NCBI GenBank assembly: GCA_050258815.1
Contig: JBLMZM010000176.1
Coordinates: forward strand, 14,533 to 78,532
DNA: 64,000 bases
Direction of reading: 5' to 3'
From: Ignavibacteriales bacterium
Lineage (GTDB): Bacteria > Bacteroidota > Ignavibacteria > Ignavibacteriales > SURF-24
Within the stretch, counting starts at the first letter, position 1. Each line of letters begins with the position of its first letter. The notes beneath the pieces are model-generated. The model was not told the DNA's origin. It saw only the letters and a program-made list of their open reading frames with translations, and did no database searches. A program made the translations under genes and the position numbers. Shown piece after piece: positions 47,789 through 57,017 of this stretch.

Positions 47789-48843
47789 AATTTTCGGGTG
47801 CCTTAGTATTCCTTGCCCTTATTCTGGCTGCAGCAGGCTTTCAGGATCTGAGAGCACAGGAGGTTAAAATCCGGAAGATTCTTGACGCCAATCTTTTCGA
47901 AACTGAGTCAGGTGAGCTCATAAAACTTGCAGGCGTTGATATCCCGGGCCTGAACCACCCGAACCCGTATCTAAGACGGGAAGCCGGGGAAGCGGTTACT
48001 TATGAAAGAAGTGTATTTCTTAATAAAAGAATCGCCTTGGTGCGGGTAAAAAAGGACAGTCTTTATAATTACGTGATAATAAAAAAAATCTACCCTCTGG
48101 GTGAAACAGATTACAACGAGCAGTTCCTGGAAAATGGAATGGGCAGGTTTACCGGAGAAGCAGACATCATACATTATGACACGTATAAAGCCGCAGAGGC
48201 AAAGGCCAGAGACAATAACCGCGGTATATGGATGATTTTGCCAGCAGATCATTCAGGCAATCTGGATAGAAAATACAGCAAGGATGAATACATGAAGGTG
48301 GATTCCATCTATACGGCTCAGTACCGGAAAAATAAGGCTAATGAGCTGCTCCACCCTGCTGCCATTATGGCATACGAGGCGTTAGCAGGTCCTGCCATGG
48401 GAATCGCGGGCGGATTTATTTCCGGATTGGCAATAGCCTCAGCAAATTCAAACCATGGTTTTGAAACAATTGGCAGTTTCATTCTGGGTGCCGGATTTGG
48501 GTACATTACCGGCACGGCTTTAGGCGTTTATTTGGTTGCTTTAAGAAATAATGAAGACGTATCGTTCTGGGGTACACTGGGCTTTAGTTTCCTCGGTACT
48601 GCAGCAGGAATAGGATTGGCCGCAATCCCCAAAGACCACGAGCATCCGGGATATGCAGTGGCCGGACTTTTCATGCCGCTGGCAGGCTCCATGATATATA
48701 CAAACCTTATAGACAATACACCCAGTTATAATCTTCCCGAGGCAGATATGCAGGATCTTTCATTTAATAGGTCTTACAGTCATAAGGACCTCTACAACAG
48801 CAGCATGCTATACAGCGTCAGTATTTTAAGAATAAACTTCTAA
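47785..48843 (+). CDS. thermonuclease (SNase)-like domain protein with Gly-rich membrane-embedded C-terminal region
   Basis: A signal peptide is followed by an SNase-like OB fold (KIRKILDANLFETESGELIKLAGVDIPGLNHP...NEQFLENGMGRF...AEAKARDNNRGIW). Next come Gly-zipper-like hydrophobic segments (GPAMGIAGGFISGLAIASA, GSFILGAGFGYITGTALGVYLVA, GFSFLGTAAGIGLAAI). Confidence 0.65.
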   Translation: MKFSGALVFLALILAAAGFQDLRAQEVKIRKILDANLFETESGELIKLAGVDIPGLNHPNPYLRREAGEAVTYERSVFLNKRIALVRVKKDSLYNYVIIKKIYPLGETDYNEQFLENGMGRFTGEADIIHYDTYKAAEAKARDNNRGIWMILPADHSGNLDRKYSKDEYMKVDSIYTAQYRKNKANELLHPAAIMAYEALAGPAMGIAGGFISGLAIASANSNHGFETIGSFILGAGFGYITGTALGVYLVALRNNEDVSFWGTLGFSFLGTAAGIGLAAIPKDHEHPGYAVAGLFMPLAGSMIYTNLIDNTPSYNLPEADMQDLSFNRSYSHKDLYNSSMLYSVSILRINF

Positions 48844-48848
48844 AAAAA

Positions 48849-48877
48849 ATGCAGGATATCAGAAATGATATCCTGCA
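48849..48877. terminator. bidirectional hairpin terminator between the SNase-like gene and the serine hydrolase gene
   Basis: ATGCAGGATATC-N5-GATATCCTGCAT is a perfect 12-bp stem, preceded by an A8 run. Confidence 0.7.
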
Positions 48878-48910
48878 TAGTTATATTCCCGCACAAGTTA
48901 TTTATTACTA

Positions 48911-50683
48911 CTAGTTATTTTCCACTTTATCGGCCGGCATTACCCTGCCATTTTGTAAAAGCGTGAGGCTTTTGGCAATTCCCTTTTCATCCACACTGAA
49001 CTTGATTTTTGCGGGCACCACCTTCAGGTAGAAATCCGTTTCCGAATCAGGGAATATTTCAAACCTCTGCTGTCCTGTAGCCTGACAGAATATGTGTTCC
49101 CCTTCTGTAGTAATTGTCAGATAAAATTCGGGAGCCAGTTTGTATTTCCCCGTATACTTTGAAAGTATTTCGGGTTTAACCTTGATTTCAGTTTTTGCTT
49201 CATCTTTCTTTGGCAGGGCAACCTCAACTCCCATCTCCTTCAGCATAGTAACGCCTGCAATGTTTTCAGGGTTGAGCTCAACAGATTTTTTATAATACTT
49301 TATGGCCTCTTCCTTTTTCCCCATATTGTAGCAAAGCTCACCCATGCTGTCATATACGTTAAATGAGGCCGGATGATCCTGGATATTCTTTTCGAATACT
49401 TTTGACGCATCTGCAAATCTCTTTTCCGCCATAAGTGCATACCCAAGAGCATTAAATTCGGCTTCTGTATTCTTGTTTGCAGGATCCTTTTTCAACTCAT
49501 CATACAAGGCAAGGGCCTTATCTGTACCGTCTTTTACCATTGAGGCATAGATTTTCTCAGCCAATGTATTCTCTGGCTCCTTGTAATCTTGTTTGTTGTA
49601 GAGAATATTTACTATCCCGTCTGCTAAATCATCCAGGCCTGCCGTGGGAGCATTGGTAAGCAAAACCACAAGGTGCTTTTCAGATGGCACCCTGATTTTT
49701 GCCGCCCTGAATCCGTTTATTCCGCCTCCATGATGTACAATTGTAATTGAATCCTTGCTTCCCTTAAAGCCTTTTTTGGTGATAAACCATCCATAACCGT
49801 AGTGCTCCAGGTTAGGCGTAAAGATCATCTGTTTATATTTTTCGGATAACAGCTTATCCGCATAAAGTGCCATCTCCCACTTGTACAGATCCCTTACCGT
49901 TGAATACATTGAGCCGGCTGCGTAGGGCTGCGACATATCCAGGTATTCGGCATTGCTGAAGCCCGAAAGCGTCTTTGTGTAGCCTGAAGCCCTGTTTTTA
50001 ATTATTGGCGCCGACAAGTCATAACCTGTATTTGTCATTCCAAGGGGTTCCAGTATATTCTGTTTTAGTGCCTCCTCATAGCTCTTGCCCGTAAGCTTCT
50101 CAATAATGGCTCCAAGTATAAAGTAACCCGAATTATTGTACTTAAACTGTGTCCCCGGTGTAAATTCCAGGTCTCCGCTGCAGAACTGCTGCACGAATTC
50201 ATCCGGCTTATAGGGCATTTTGTTCGTCTTGCCAAATGTCGGTAAGCTGGTATATGATGGAATTCCGGAGGTATGTGTCAGCAGGTGATGTATGGTTACC
50301 TTATCCCCTGTTTCCTTCCTGTAATAAGGCAGATAGTCAGTTATCCTGCCATCCAGTTTTATCTTCCCCTGCTCAACCAGCTGCATAATCAGCATTGAAG
50401 TAAACTGTTTTGTAATTGACCCTATTCTGAACTTGGTGTCCGGGGTATTGAAAATATCCCATTCAATGTTAGCATAACCAAAACCCTTCTCATAAATCAC
50501 CCTGCCGTTCTCTGCCACCAGAGCGCTGCCATTGAATTTTCCTGCCATGTTGTACTTACTAAGGATCTCATCTATTCTGGCAGCCTTATCCTGGGCCATC
50601 AGAATATTTGTAAAGACGAGGAGGAATACCATGAACACAGGAATTATCTTCACACTTATGGTTCCTGCAATTTTAGTTTTCAT
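48911..50683 (-). CDS. beta-lactamase-family serine hydrolase with TPR and DUF3471-like C-terminal domains
   Basis: 590 aa with a signal/anchor segment. The SxxK motif is SITKQFT, the YxN motif is YNNSGY and the HGG box is VHHGGGINGF. TPR-like repeats follow (ALGYALMAEKRFADASKVFEKNIQDHP...). The C-terminal beta domain carries YTGKYKLAPEFYLTITTEGEHIF. Confidence 0.85.
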   Translation of the reverse strand: MKTKIAGTISVKIIPVFMVFLLVFTNILMAQDKAARIDEILSKYNMAGKFNGSALVAENGRVIYEKGFGYANIEWDIFNTPDTKFRIGSITKQFTSMLIMQLVEQGKIKLDGRITDYLPYYRKETGDKVTIHHLLTHTSGIPSYTSLPTFGKTNKMPYKPDEFVQQFCSGDLEFTPGTQFKYNNSGYFILGAIIEKLTGKSYEEALKQNILEPLGMTNTGYDLSAPIIKNRASGYTKTLSGFSNAEYLDMSQPYAAGSMYSTVRDLYKWEMALYADKLLSEKYKQMIFTPNLEHYGYGWFITKKGFKGSKDSITIVHHGGGINGFRAAKIRVPSEKHLVVLLTNAPTAGLDDLADGIVNILYNKQDYKEPENTLAEKIYASMVKDGTDKALALYDELKKDPANKNTEAEFNALGYALMAEKRFADASKVFEKNIQDHPASFNVYDSMGELCYNMGKKEEAIKYYKKSVELNPENIAGVTMLKEMGVEVALPKKDEAKTEIKVKPEILSKYTGKYKLAPEFYLTITTEGEHIFCQATGQQRFEIFPDSETDFYLKVVPAKIKFSVDEKGIAKSLTLLQNGRVMPADKVENN

Positions 50684-50838
50684 ATGATCCCCTTTTGTTA
50701 AAAATAAACATACATTTTTAGACGCAGCATTCCTGAAATGGTTACACTTTTCTGTTCATGCATCCATGCTTTACAATTCAGAAAAGAAAGATTAAATTGA
50801 ATGCAGCTAAAAGTTTATTTTAATCGCACGGGGGGATC

Positions 50839-51669
50839 ATGGAATTAAGGTCAAAATGCGCCGTTGTAACCGGCGGAGCCATGGGAATAGGTCTTGCTAC
50901 AGCCAGGCGCCTCGTAAAGGAGGGCTGCACTGTTACTTTATGGGATATTAACACTGAAGCTCTTGATAAGGCCAAAGTGGAGCTGGAGGCCTCAGGAGGG
51001 AAAGTATACACCCACAGATGTGACGTTACAGATAAAAACCGTGTCTATGAACTGGCCCGGATTGCAGAAAAAGAAATGGAAAGAGTCGACATCCTTATAA
51101 ATAATGCCGGGTTCGTCTCCGGAGGCGACATTCTGGACAGGCCCGATGAGGATTGGGAGAAAACCATCAGCATTAACCTGACCGCACTCATCTATACCAT
51201 CCGCGCTTTTCTGCCCGGAATGTATGAACGCAATTCCGGCCACATAGTTAATATTTCCTCTGCTGCCGGTACGCTTGGGGTCCCGGGACTTGCAGTCTAC
51301 TCTGCAACCAAATGGGCCGTATGGGGACTCACTGAATCTCTGAGGCTGGAGGCATTCAACAACAAAAAGCCTGGTGTAAAATATTCCAGCATACATCCGA
51401 GCTATATTGCCCACGGCATGTTCCAGGGAGCAAAGCTGGGATTTCCCGGAAATCTTATAGTTCCATTGGTAAAGGATCACGACGTCATTGCCAGGGCAAT
51501 TGTTGAATCAGCGCTCCGTAAGGAAAGATATTCACCTAAACGCCCCAGATCGGTAAACCTTAATATCAGACTCAGGGGACTGCTGCCGGATTCCTGGTTC
51601 CAGAGGCTGATGATAATCATGGGGGTAACAGGCAGCATGCAGGCATGGAAAGGAAGAGCCAGGAGTTAA
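50839..51669 (+). CDS. SDR-family oxidoreductase
   Basis: The cofactor motif is TGGAMGIGLATA, NNAG is present, and the catalytic motif is SSAAG...YSATKWAV (S-YxxxK). Confidence 0.9.
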   Translation: MELRSKCAVVTGGAMGIGLATARRLVKEGCTVTLWDINTEALDKAKVELEASGGKVYTHRCDVTDKNRVYELARIAEKEMERVDILINNAGFVSGGDILDRPDEDWEKTISINLTALIYTIRAFLPGMYERNSGHIVNISSAAGTLGVPGLAVYSATKWAVWGLTESLRLEAFNNKKPGVKYSSIHPSYIAHGMFQGAKLGFPGNLIVPLVKDHDVIARAIVESALRKERYSPKRPRSVNLNIRLRGLLPDSWFQRLMIIMGVTGSMQAWKGRARS

Positions 51670-51689
51670 AATTATAAAGGAGAAATCCA

Positions 51690-53288
51690 ATGGAAACTAA
51701 CGTGCATCACCCAAGTGAAGAAGCTGTTTCTGAAAAGGTATTAATTTCTGTAAGCCCTTCCACAGGAGAGGTGCTTGGCTATACAGAAGAAGACAGCGTC
51801 GAGGACCTTAAGAGTGCGGTCGTTGCTGCAAAGCAGGCACAGAAGGAATGGGGGAAAAAATCTTTCAGTGAGAGGGCGGAATACCTGTTCCGCATCAGGG
51901 ATTTTATTGCAGAAAATACGGATGAGATTGCAGATATAATCTCAAAGGATACGGGAAAGACCAGGATCGATGCCCTCAGCACAGAGGTGCTTCCCGTTAC
52001 AATGGCAATTACCTATTATGCCAGGCACGCCGGAAAGATACTGAAAAGGACTAAGTTAAAACCCGGGAATATACTTACCATTAACAAGCGCTCCTATATC
52101 GACCGCGTACCCTACGGAGTAGTTGGAATAATAAGCCCCTGGAATTACCCTTTTTCCATCCCCTTCCATGAAATTGCCATGGCACTCATCAGCGGAAATG
52201 CAGTAGTATTAAAGGTTGCAAGCAGTACCCTTGAAGTAGGCAAGATAATAAAAAAAGCAGTTGATGCGGCAGAACTTCCTCAATCCATCTTTACACTGAA
52301 AAATATTCCGGGCAGTCTTGCCGGTGATGCATTCATAAATTCAGGCATTGATAAATTGTTCTTCACAGGCTCGGTTGCCGTCGGTAAAAAGCTCATGGCA
52401 AAGGCTTCTGAGAGACTTCTGCCCCTTTCACTTGAGCTGGGAGGTAATGACGCAATGATAGTCTGCAAAGATGCTGACCCTGTAAGAGCAGCCGGAGGAG
52501 CACTTTGGGCGGGACTCTCAAACAGCGGGCAATCCTGCGCCGGAGTGGAAAGAATATACGTGGAAAAAGGTATCTACGATGAGTTCATGCGTCTGCTTAA
52601 AGATAAGCTTAACACTTTAAGACAAGGGCCCGATACCGGCTTCAACGTTGAGATCGGCTCTCTTACCACTAAAGAACAGCTGAAAACCGTTAAAGAACAC
52701 CTGAAAGATGCCGTAGAAAAAGGCGCATCGGTGTTTATAGGCCCGGGCGTATCCGGGGAAAATACGGGAATGTTTCATCCGCCGGTCATACTTGAAAACG
52801 TCAATAATTCCATGCTCACCATGCAGGAGGAAACATTCGGCCCCATTCTGGCCGTAAAAAAAGTAAATGACATTCAGGAGGCAATAAATGAGGCTAATGA
52901 TTCCAACCTGGGTCTCTCGGCCTCAGTATGGACCAAAGATAAGGCCAAAGCACACCAGATTGCCTCCTGCCTTGAAGCCGGTGCAGTAATGATCAATGAC
53001 CACCTGATGAGCCATGGCCTGGCTGAAACCCCATGGGGCGGATTTAAGCAGTCGGGACTGGAAAGAACACACGGACACCTGGGACTAGAAGGCATGACAC
53101 AGCCCCGCGTTGTAATTGACGATATCCTGCCCGGAGTCAAAAAGAACATGTGGTGGTACCCTCACAGCGAAAAGGTTTATGCGGGCTTAAAAGGCGGCAT
53201 TGAATTTCTGTACCTGAAGGATTTCCCTAAAAGAGTTGACGGGATGATCAGACTAATGAAAGTCTTTATGAGAACTTTCAGAAACTGA
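51690..53288 (+). CDS. aldehyde dehydrogenase family protein
   Basis: 532 aa. Motifs are ISPWNYPF, the catalytic Glu in LELGGND, the catalytic Cys in NSGQSCAGVERIYV, and EETFGP. AAGGAG lies upstream, and the gene starts 20 nt after the SDR stop. Confidence 0.9.
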   Translation: METNVHHPSEEAVSEKVLISVSPSTGEVLGYTEEDSVEDLKSAVVAAKQAQKEWGKKSFSERAEYLFRIRDFIAENTDEIADIISKDTGKTRIDALSTEVLPVTMAITYYARHAGKILKRTKLKPGNILTINKRSYIDRVPYGVVGIISPWNYPFSIPFHEIAMALISGNAVVLKVASSTLEVGKIIKKAVDAAELPQSIFTLKNIPGSLAGDAFINSGIDKLFFTGSVAVGKKLMAKASERLLPLSLELGGNDAMIVCKDADPVRAAGGALWAGLSNSGQSCAGVERIYVEKGIYDEFMRLLKDKLNTLRQGPDTGFNVEIGSLTTKEQLKTVKEHLKDAVEKGASVFIGPGVSGENTGMFHPPVILENVNNSMLTMQEETFGPILAVKKVNDIQEAINEANDSNLGLSASVWTKDKAKAHQIASCLEAGAVMINDHLMSHGLAETPWGGFKQSGLERTHGHLGLEGMTQPRVVIDDILPGVKKNMWWYPHSEKVYAGLKGGIEFLYLKDFPKRVDGMIRLMKVFMRTFRN

Positions 53289-53364
53289 CATACGTCTTAA
53301 TTCAGTAAAGATACACTCATCATGAGCTTGTTAATGAAAAAAGAAATTCAGCCAAGGAGGAATA

Positions 53365-54945
53365 GTGCATACCGGGACGGCAACTGAAAGCAATGATACC
53401 CTTGATATGAAGGATCGATCCTTCTTCAGGAAAAACTTATTTCTTATTTTAATTTCCTCGCTGTGCTTTATTATTCTATACATAGTGGATAGTTTTTCCT
53501 CCTATGGTTACTTCAGAGACGAGCTGTATTATATTGCCTGCTCGAAGCACCTGGCTGCGGGTTACGTGGACCATCCCCCGTTTTCAATTTTTGTTTTAAG
53601 CATCAGCAGATTCCTATTCGGGGACTCAATTGCCGCATTAAGGCTTATACCCTCGTTGTCTGCAGCTGCATCTGTCTTTTTCACGGGACTAATGGTACGC
53701 AGACTCGGAGGAAGATTATTTTCCCAGGGACTTGCGGCACTTTGCTTAATGATTGCCCCTGTTTTCCTTATGATAAGCAGCTTCTATTCGATGAATTCAT
53801 TCGAAATACTGCTGGGCTGTATAATTGCTTACCTTCTGATAGTACTGCTGCAGACGGACAACAGGCGGTATCTGCTCTACATTGGAATTGCTGCCGGTAT
53901 CGGGCTGCTTAATAAACATACAATGATACTTTTCTTACTGGGTATAGTTGCGGCTTTTGCTGTTACACCATCCAGGAAATATTTCCGCAGCCCGTTTCTT
54001 TATCTGGGTGCACTGGCTGCGGCCTTAATACTGCTGCCCAACATTGTCTGGCAGTTTCTTAACGGATGGCCGTCGCTGGAGTTTTACAGGAATGCTGATT
54101 TTTACAAGAATGTACCCACGCCCCCATTAAACTTTATAGTCATGCAGGTTTTAAGCATGCATCCGCTGACCCTCCCGGTCTGGCTGGGGGGTCTGTATTT
54201 CCTGATCCTGGATAAGAAAGCCGGGCAGTACCGTGCAGCAGGGTGGACTTTTATAATAATGTTCCTGCTGCTTATGGCATCCCGCACAAGCCGTCCCGAC
54301 CGTTTGGCAGCCGCATATCCAATGCTCATTGCCTCGGGGTCTTTCTTCCTTGAAAGAAGTATCCTGCGCTCTGGCCACAAGTGGCTGCGCCCTGTAATAG
54401 CTGCCTTGTTACTTGTAGCGGGACTCTTCCTTATTCCTGTTTCGCTGCCGGTGCTACATCCTGCGGCTCTTACCCGGTACACTTCTTCTTTAGGCCTTAC
54501 TTTCGAAATTGAAAAGGGAAAGAAGACGCAGATTCCCCAGCTCCTGGCTGACAGACTGGGCTGGGAAGAACTGGCAATAACAGTTTCAAAAGTATACAAT
54601 GGCCTTTCACCCGAAGAGAAGAAGCATGCAGTAATTGCAACCGGGAACTATGGTGAGGCAGGTGCCCTGGAGTTCTATGCAAAGAAGTACAATCTGCCCA
54701 GGGTCCTGTGCGGGCATAACAATTATTTTTTATGGGGAATGGAACAGGATTGCGACTGCAGGCTGGTCATTGCCATCGGCTCTGATAAAGAACAGCTGCA
54801 GGAGATATTTGGCGAGGTAAAGGAAGCGGCAATACACACCGCTCCTTATGTAATGGATTACGAAAACAATTTACCAATTTACATTGCACGCTATCCGCGT
54901 AAAACCTTCCGGGAGATATGGCCCGGGTCCAAAAAATTCGTCTAG
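53365..54945 (+). CDS. glycosyltransferase family 39 (ArnT/PMT-like) membrane protein
   Basis: The N-terminal signature is YFRDELYYIACSKHLAAGYVDHPPF, followed by about 10-12 TM segments and a soluble C-terminal domain. The GTG start at 53365 is supported by AAGGAGG about 4 nt upstream. An alternative ATG lies at 53407. Confidence 0.8.
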   Translation: MHTGTATESNDTLDMKDRSFFRKNLFLILISSLCFIILYIVDSFSSYGYFRDELYYIACSKHLAAGYVDHPPFSIFVLSISRFLFGDSIAALRLIPSLSAAASVFFTGLMVRRLGGRLFSQGLAALCLMIAPVFLMISSFYSMNSFEILLGCIIAYLLIVLLQTDNRRYLLYIGIAAGIGLLNKHTMILFLLGIVAAFAVTPSRKYFRSPFLYLGALAAALILLPNIVWQFLNGWPSLEFYRNADFYKNVPTPPLNFIVMQVLSMHPLTLPVWLGGLYFLILDKKAGQYRAAGWTFIIMFLLLMASRTSRPDRLAAAYPMLIASGSFFLERSILRSGHKWLRPVIAALLLVAGLFLIPVSLPVLHPAALTRYTSSLGLTFEIEKGKKTQIPQLLADRLGWEELAITVSKVYNGLSPEEKKHAVIATGNYGEAGALEFYAKKYNLPRVLCGHNNYFLWGMEQDCDCRLVIAIGSDKEQLQEIFGEVKEAAIHTAPYVMDYENNLPIYIARYPRKTFREIWPGSKKFV

Positions 54946-54948
54946 GTT

Positions 54949-55728
54949 TTATTTAAATATTTCCTGAAAAAATGTTTTCATTGCTTCCCAGCTGCGCTTA
55001 TCGGCATTTGCATTGTAGGCCATTCCTTTCGAAGGATCATTGCCAGCTGCCGGATTAGTAAAGGCGTGCACTGCTCCGCCATAAAGATTCATCTGCCAGT
55101 CAACACCTCCTTGTTCCATCTCCTTCTGGAAAGCCTGCCTCTGATCCGGGGGAACAGCCTTGTCGTCTGCCCCAATCATTACGAGTATCTTTCCCTTAAT
55201 TTTTTTTGCATCAGCCGGCGTGGGTGTATCAAGAGCCGTGTGAAAACCGGCCACACCCTTTATATCAGCCCCGCTTCTGGCCAGTTCAAGCGCCACCATT
55301 CCGCCGAAACAGTATCCAATGGCGGCAATTTTGCCCTGATCCACGTGCGGGTTTTTACGCAGTATATCAAGTGCCACAGTAATTCTCTTTCTCGTCAGTG
55401 AACGGTCGTTTCTAAAGGGAGCGGCCAGTTTACCGGCTTCATCCGGCGTCTTGGCAGTAACACCCTTACCGTACATGTCTGCCGCGAAGGCAACATAGCC
55501 CAGTTTTGCCAGCTGCTCGGCACGCATTTTGGGATAGTCATTCAGGCCCCACCATTCATGTACAATCAGTATCCCCGGGCGCTTATCCTTTACCGCATCA
55601 TCATATACCAGATATCCCTGAAGTGCAACGCCGTCGGACTTATAGTCTACTGTTTCCTTGTGAATCTTAGCGTTCGTTTCTATCATAAGCAGCAATCCTA
55701 TAAATAATGAAGTTAATACTATTTTCAT
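54949..55728 (-). CDS. dienelactone hydrolase family protein (secreted)
   Basis: There is a signal peptide. The sequence reads GILIVHEWWGLNDY, the nucleophile elbow is GYCFGG, and the C-terminal His is in GGAVHAF. Confidence 0.85.
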   Translation of the reverse strand: MKIVLTSLFIGLLLMIETNAKIHKETVDYKSDGVALQGYLVYDDAVKDKRPGILIVHEWWGLNDYPKMRAEQLAKLGYVAFAADMYGKGVTAKTPDEAGKLAAPFRNDRSLTRKRITVALDILRKNPHVDQGKIAAIGYCFGGMVALELARSGADIKGVAGFHTALDTPTPADAKKIKGKILVMIGADDKAVPPDQRQAFQKEMEQGGVDWQMNLYGGAVHAFTNPAAGNDPSKGMAYNANADKRSWEAMKTFFQEIFK

Positions 55729-56069
55729 TGCAGTATCTCCTGCCTTTCTGTTAGTCTTTTAATCCTTTGCCCTTAATCAGTAAATTCAATTTTAACTACG
55801 GGCTTTGCTCTCACATTTTATTTATAATTCATCACTGCAATCATGCATCCGGGCCTTGAATAACGCTGAAGCCTTAATTTGCCGCAATCACCCGCATTGT
55901 GTAAGATGAATTATTAATAATAGTATAACTGTAAGTTGAAGGAATCAATACCATTGTAATTGGATTATGGCGGGTGAATACAGGATATTTTTTGCCCTGA
56001 GATCTTTTTCACTCCCGGGGGTGGTGTGAAACAGGACTTCCGATATCCGGCTGCTGAAAAGGAAATAAA

Positions 56070-56795
56070 TCAGAATTTCAGAAGCAGCCTGATCATATAA
56101 TAGAATAAAGGAATAATTATAGAAGGCAGCATATTACCGACCCTGATCTTTTTTATGTCCAGTAAATTGATGCCGATGGCTGCAATTAGCAATCCGCCGA
56201 CTGCCGACATTTCAGCAGTTACCGAAGGGGTGAGCAGTTCTTTAATAAATGAGGAACTGATGGTAATAAAACCCTGGTACAGGAGAACGGAAACCGAGGA
56301 GAACAATACACCTATACCAAGCGAGGATGCGAATACGACTGAGGATACCCCGTCGATCACGGATTTGGCAAGCAGCGTCTGGTGGTTTCCGGTAAGACCG
56401 CTTTCCAGTGAACCGATTATGGCCATAGATCCTACACAGTAGATCAGGCTTGCCGTTACGAATCCTTCGGAGATTCCTCCGCCCTGGCTTTTCATTTTAA
56501 CTTCCAGCCATTTGCCGAGTTTTTCCAGCCTGTCCTCAATTCTAAGAAACTCTCCCAGTACGCTTCCGATGGCCAGGCTGAAAATAAGCAGCAGAATATT
56601 ATCTGTTTTTAGCGCACTCTTAAGGCCTATAAGGACTACTGCAAGTCCCATGGCATGCATAACTGTAGCATTATATTTACGCGGTATACCCCCCTTAAAG
56701 GATACACCAAGCAGGCTGCCAAGGGCAATGGCAAGAGCATTTACGATAGTACCAAACAATATGAACCCCATTATTAAATAAAATTCCGGGTTCAA
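56070..56795 (-). CDS. DUF554-family membrane protein (YdfK/YqgA-like)
   Basis: 241 aa. The N-terminal GTIVNALAIALGSLLGVSFKGGIP signature is present, together with a GxxxG-rich polytopic body. Confidence 0.8.
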   Translation of the reverse strand: MNPEFYLIMGFILFGTIVNALAIALGSLLGVSFKGGIPRKYNATVMHAMGLAVVLIGLKSALKTDNILLLIFSLAIGSVLGEFLRIEDRLEKLGKWLEVKMKSQGGGISEGFVTASLIYCVGSMAIIGSLESGLTGNHQTLLAKSVIDGVSSVVFASSLGIGVLFSSVSVLLYQGFITISSSFIKELLTPSVTAEMSAVGGLLIAAIGINLLDIKKIRVGNMLPSIIIPLFYYMIRLLLKF

Positions 56796-57017
56796 TATCG
56801 CTCATCCGGATCACTTCTTCAAGCCTAATCGGGAGTTAAAAGTTTTCAGCAGGTAAAGAAATAATTGCATTTTGTGCCGGGTATTTATTAATTTCTTGTA
56901 TATACAATCACAGCGTCCTTCCATTAAGATTTGCACTGTAAATGTTCACAGCACTGCCTGTCGCTCAGAAGCACATTAAGGAACTAGACTAAATATTTCA
57001 AATAAAAGCGGGAAGCC

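Noticed and set aside
56796-56830. tRNA T-arm-like GGGTTCAAT string
   Set aside because: The flanking bases do not form the T-stem, and no acceptor, D or anticodon arms can be drawn.
56865-56880. Sigma-54 -24/-12-like string (minus strand GGCACAAAATGCAA) upstream of the DUF554 gene
   Set aside because: Only 8 nt separate the GG and GC dinucleotides instead of 10. A second candidate on the + strand (GG...TTGCA near 56852-56869) has 13 nt.
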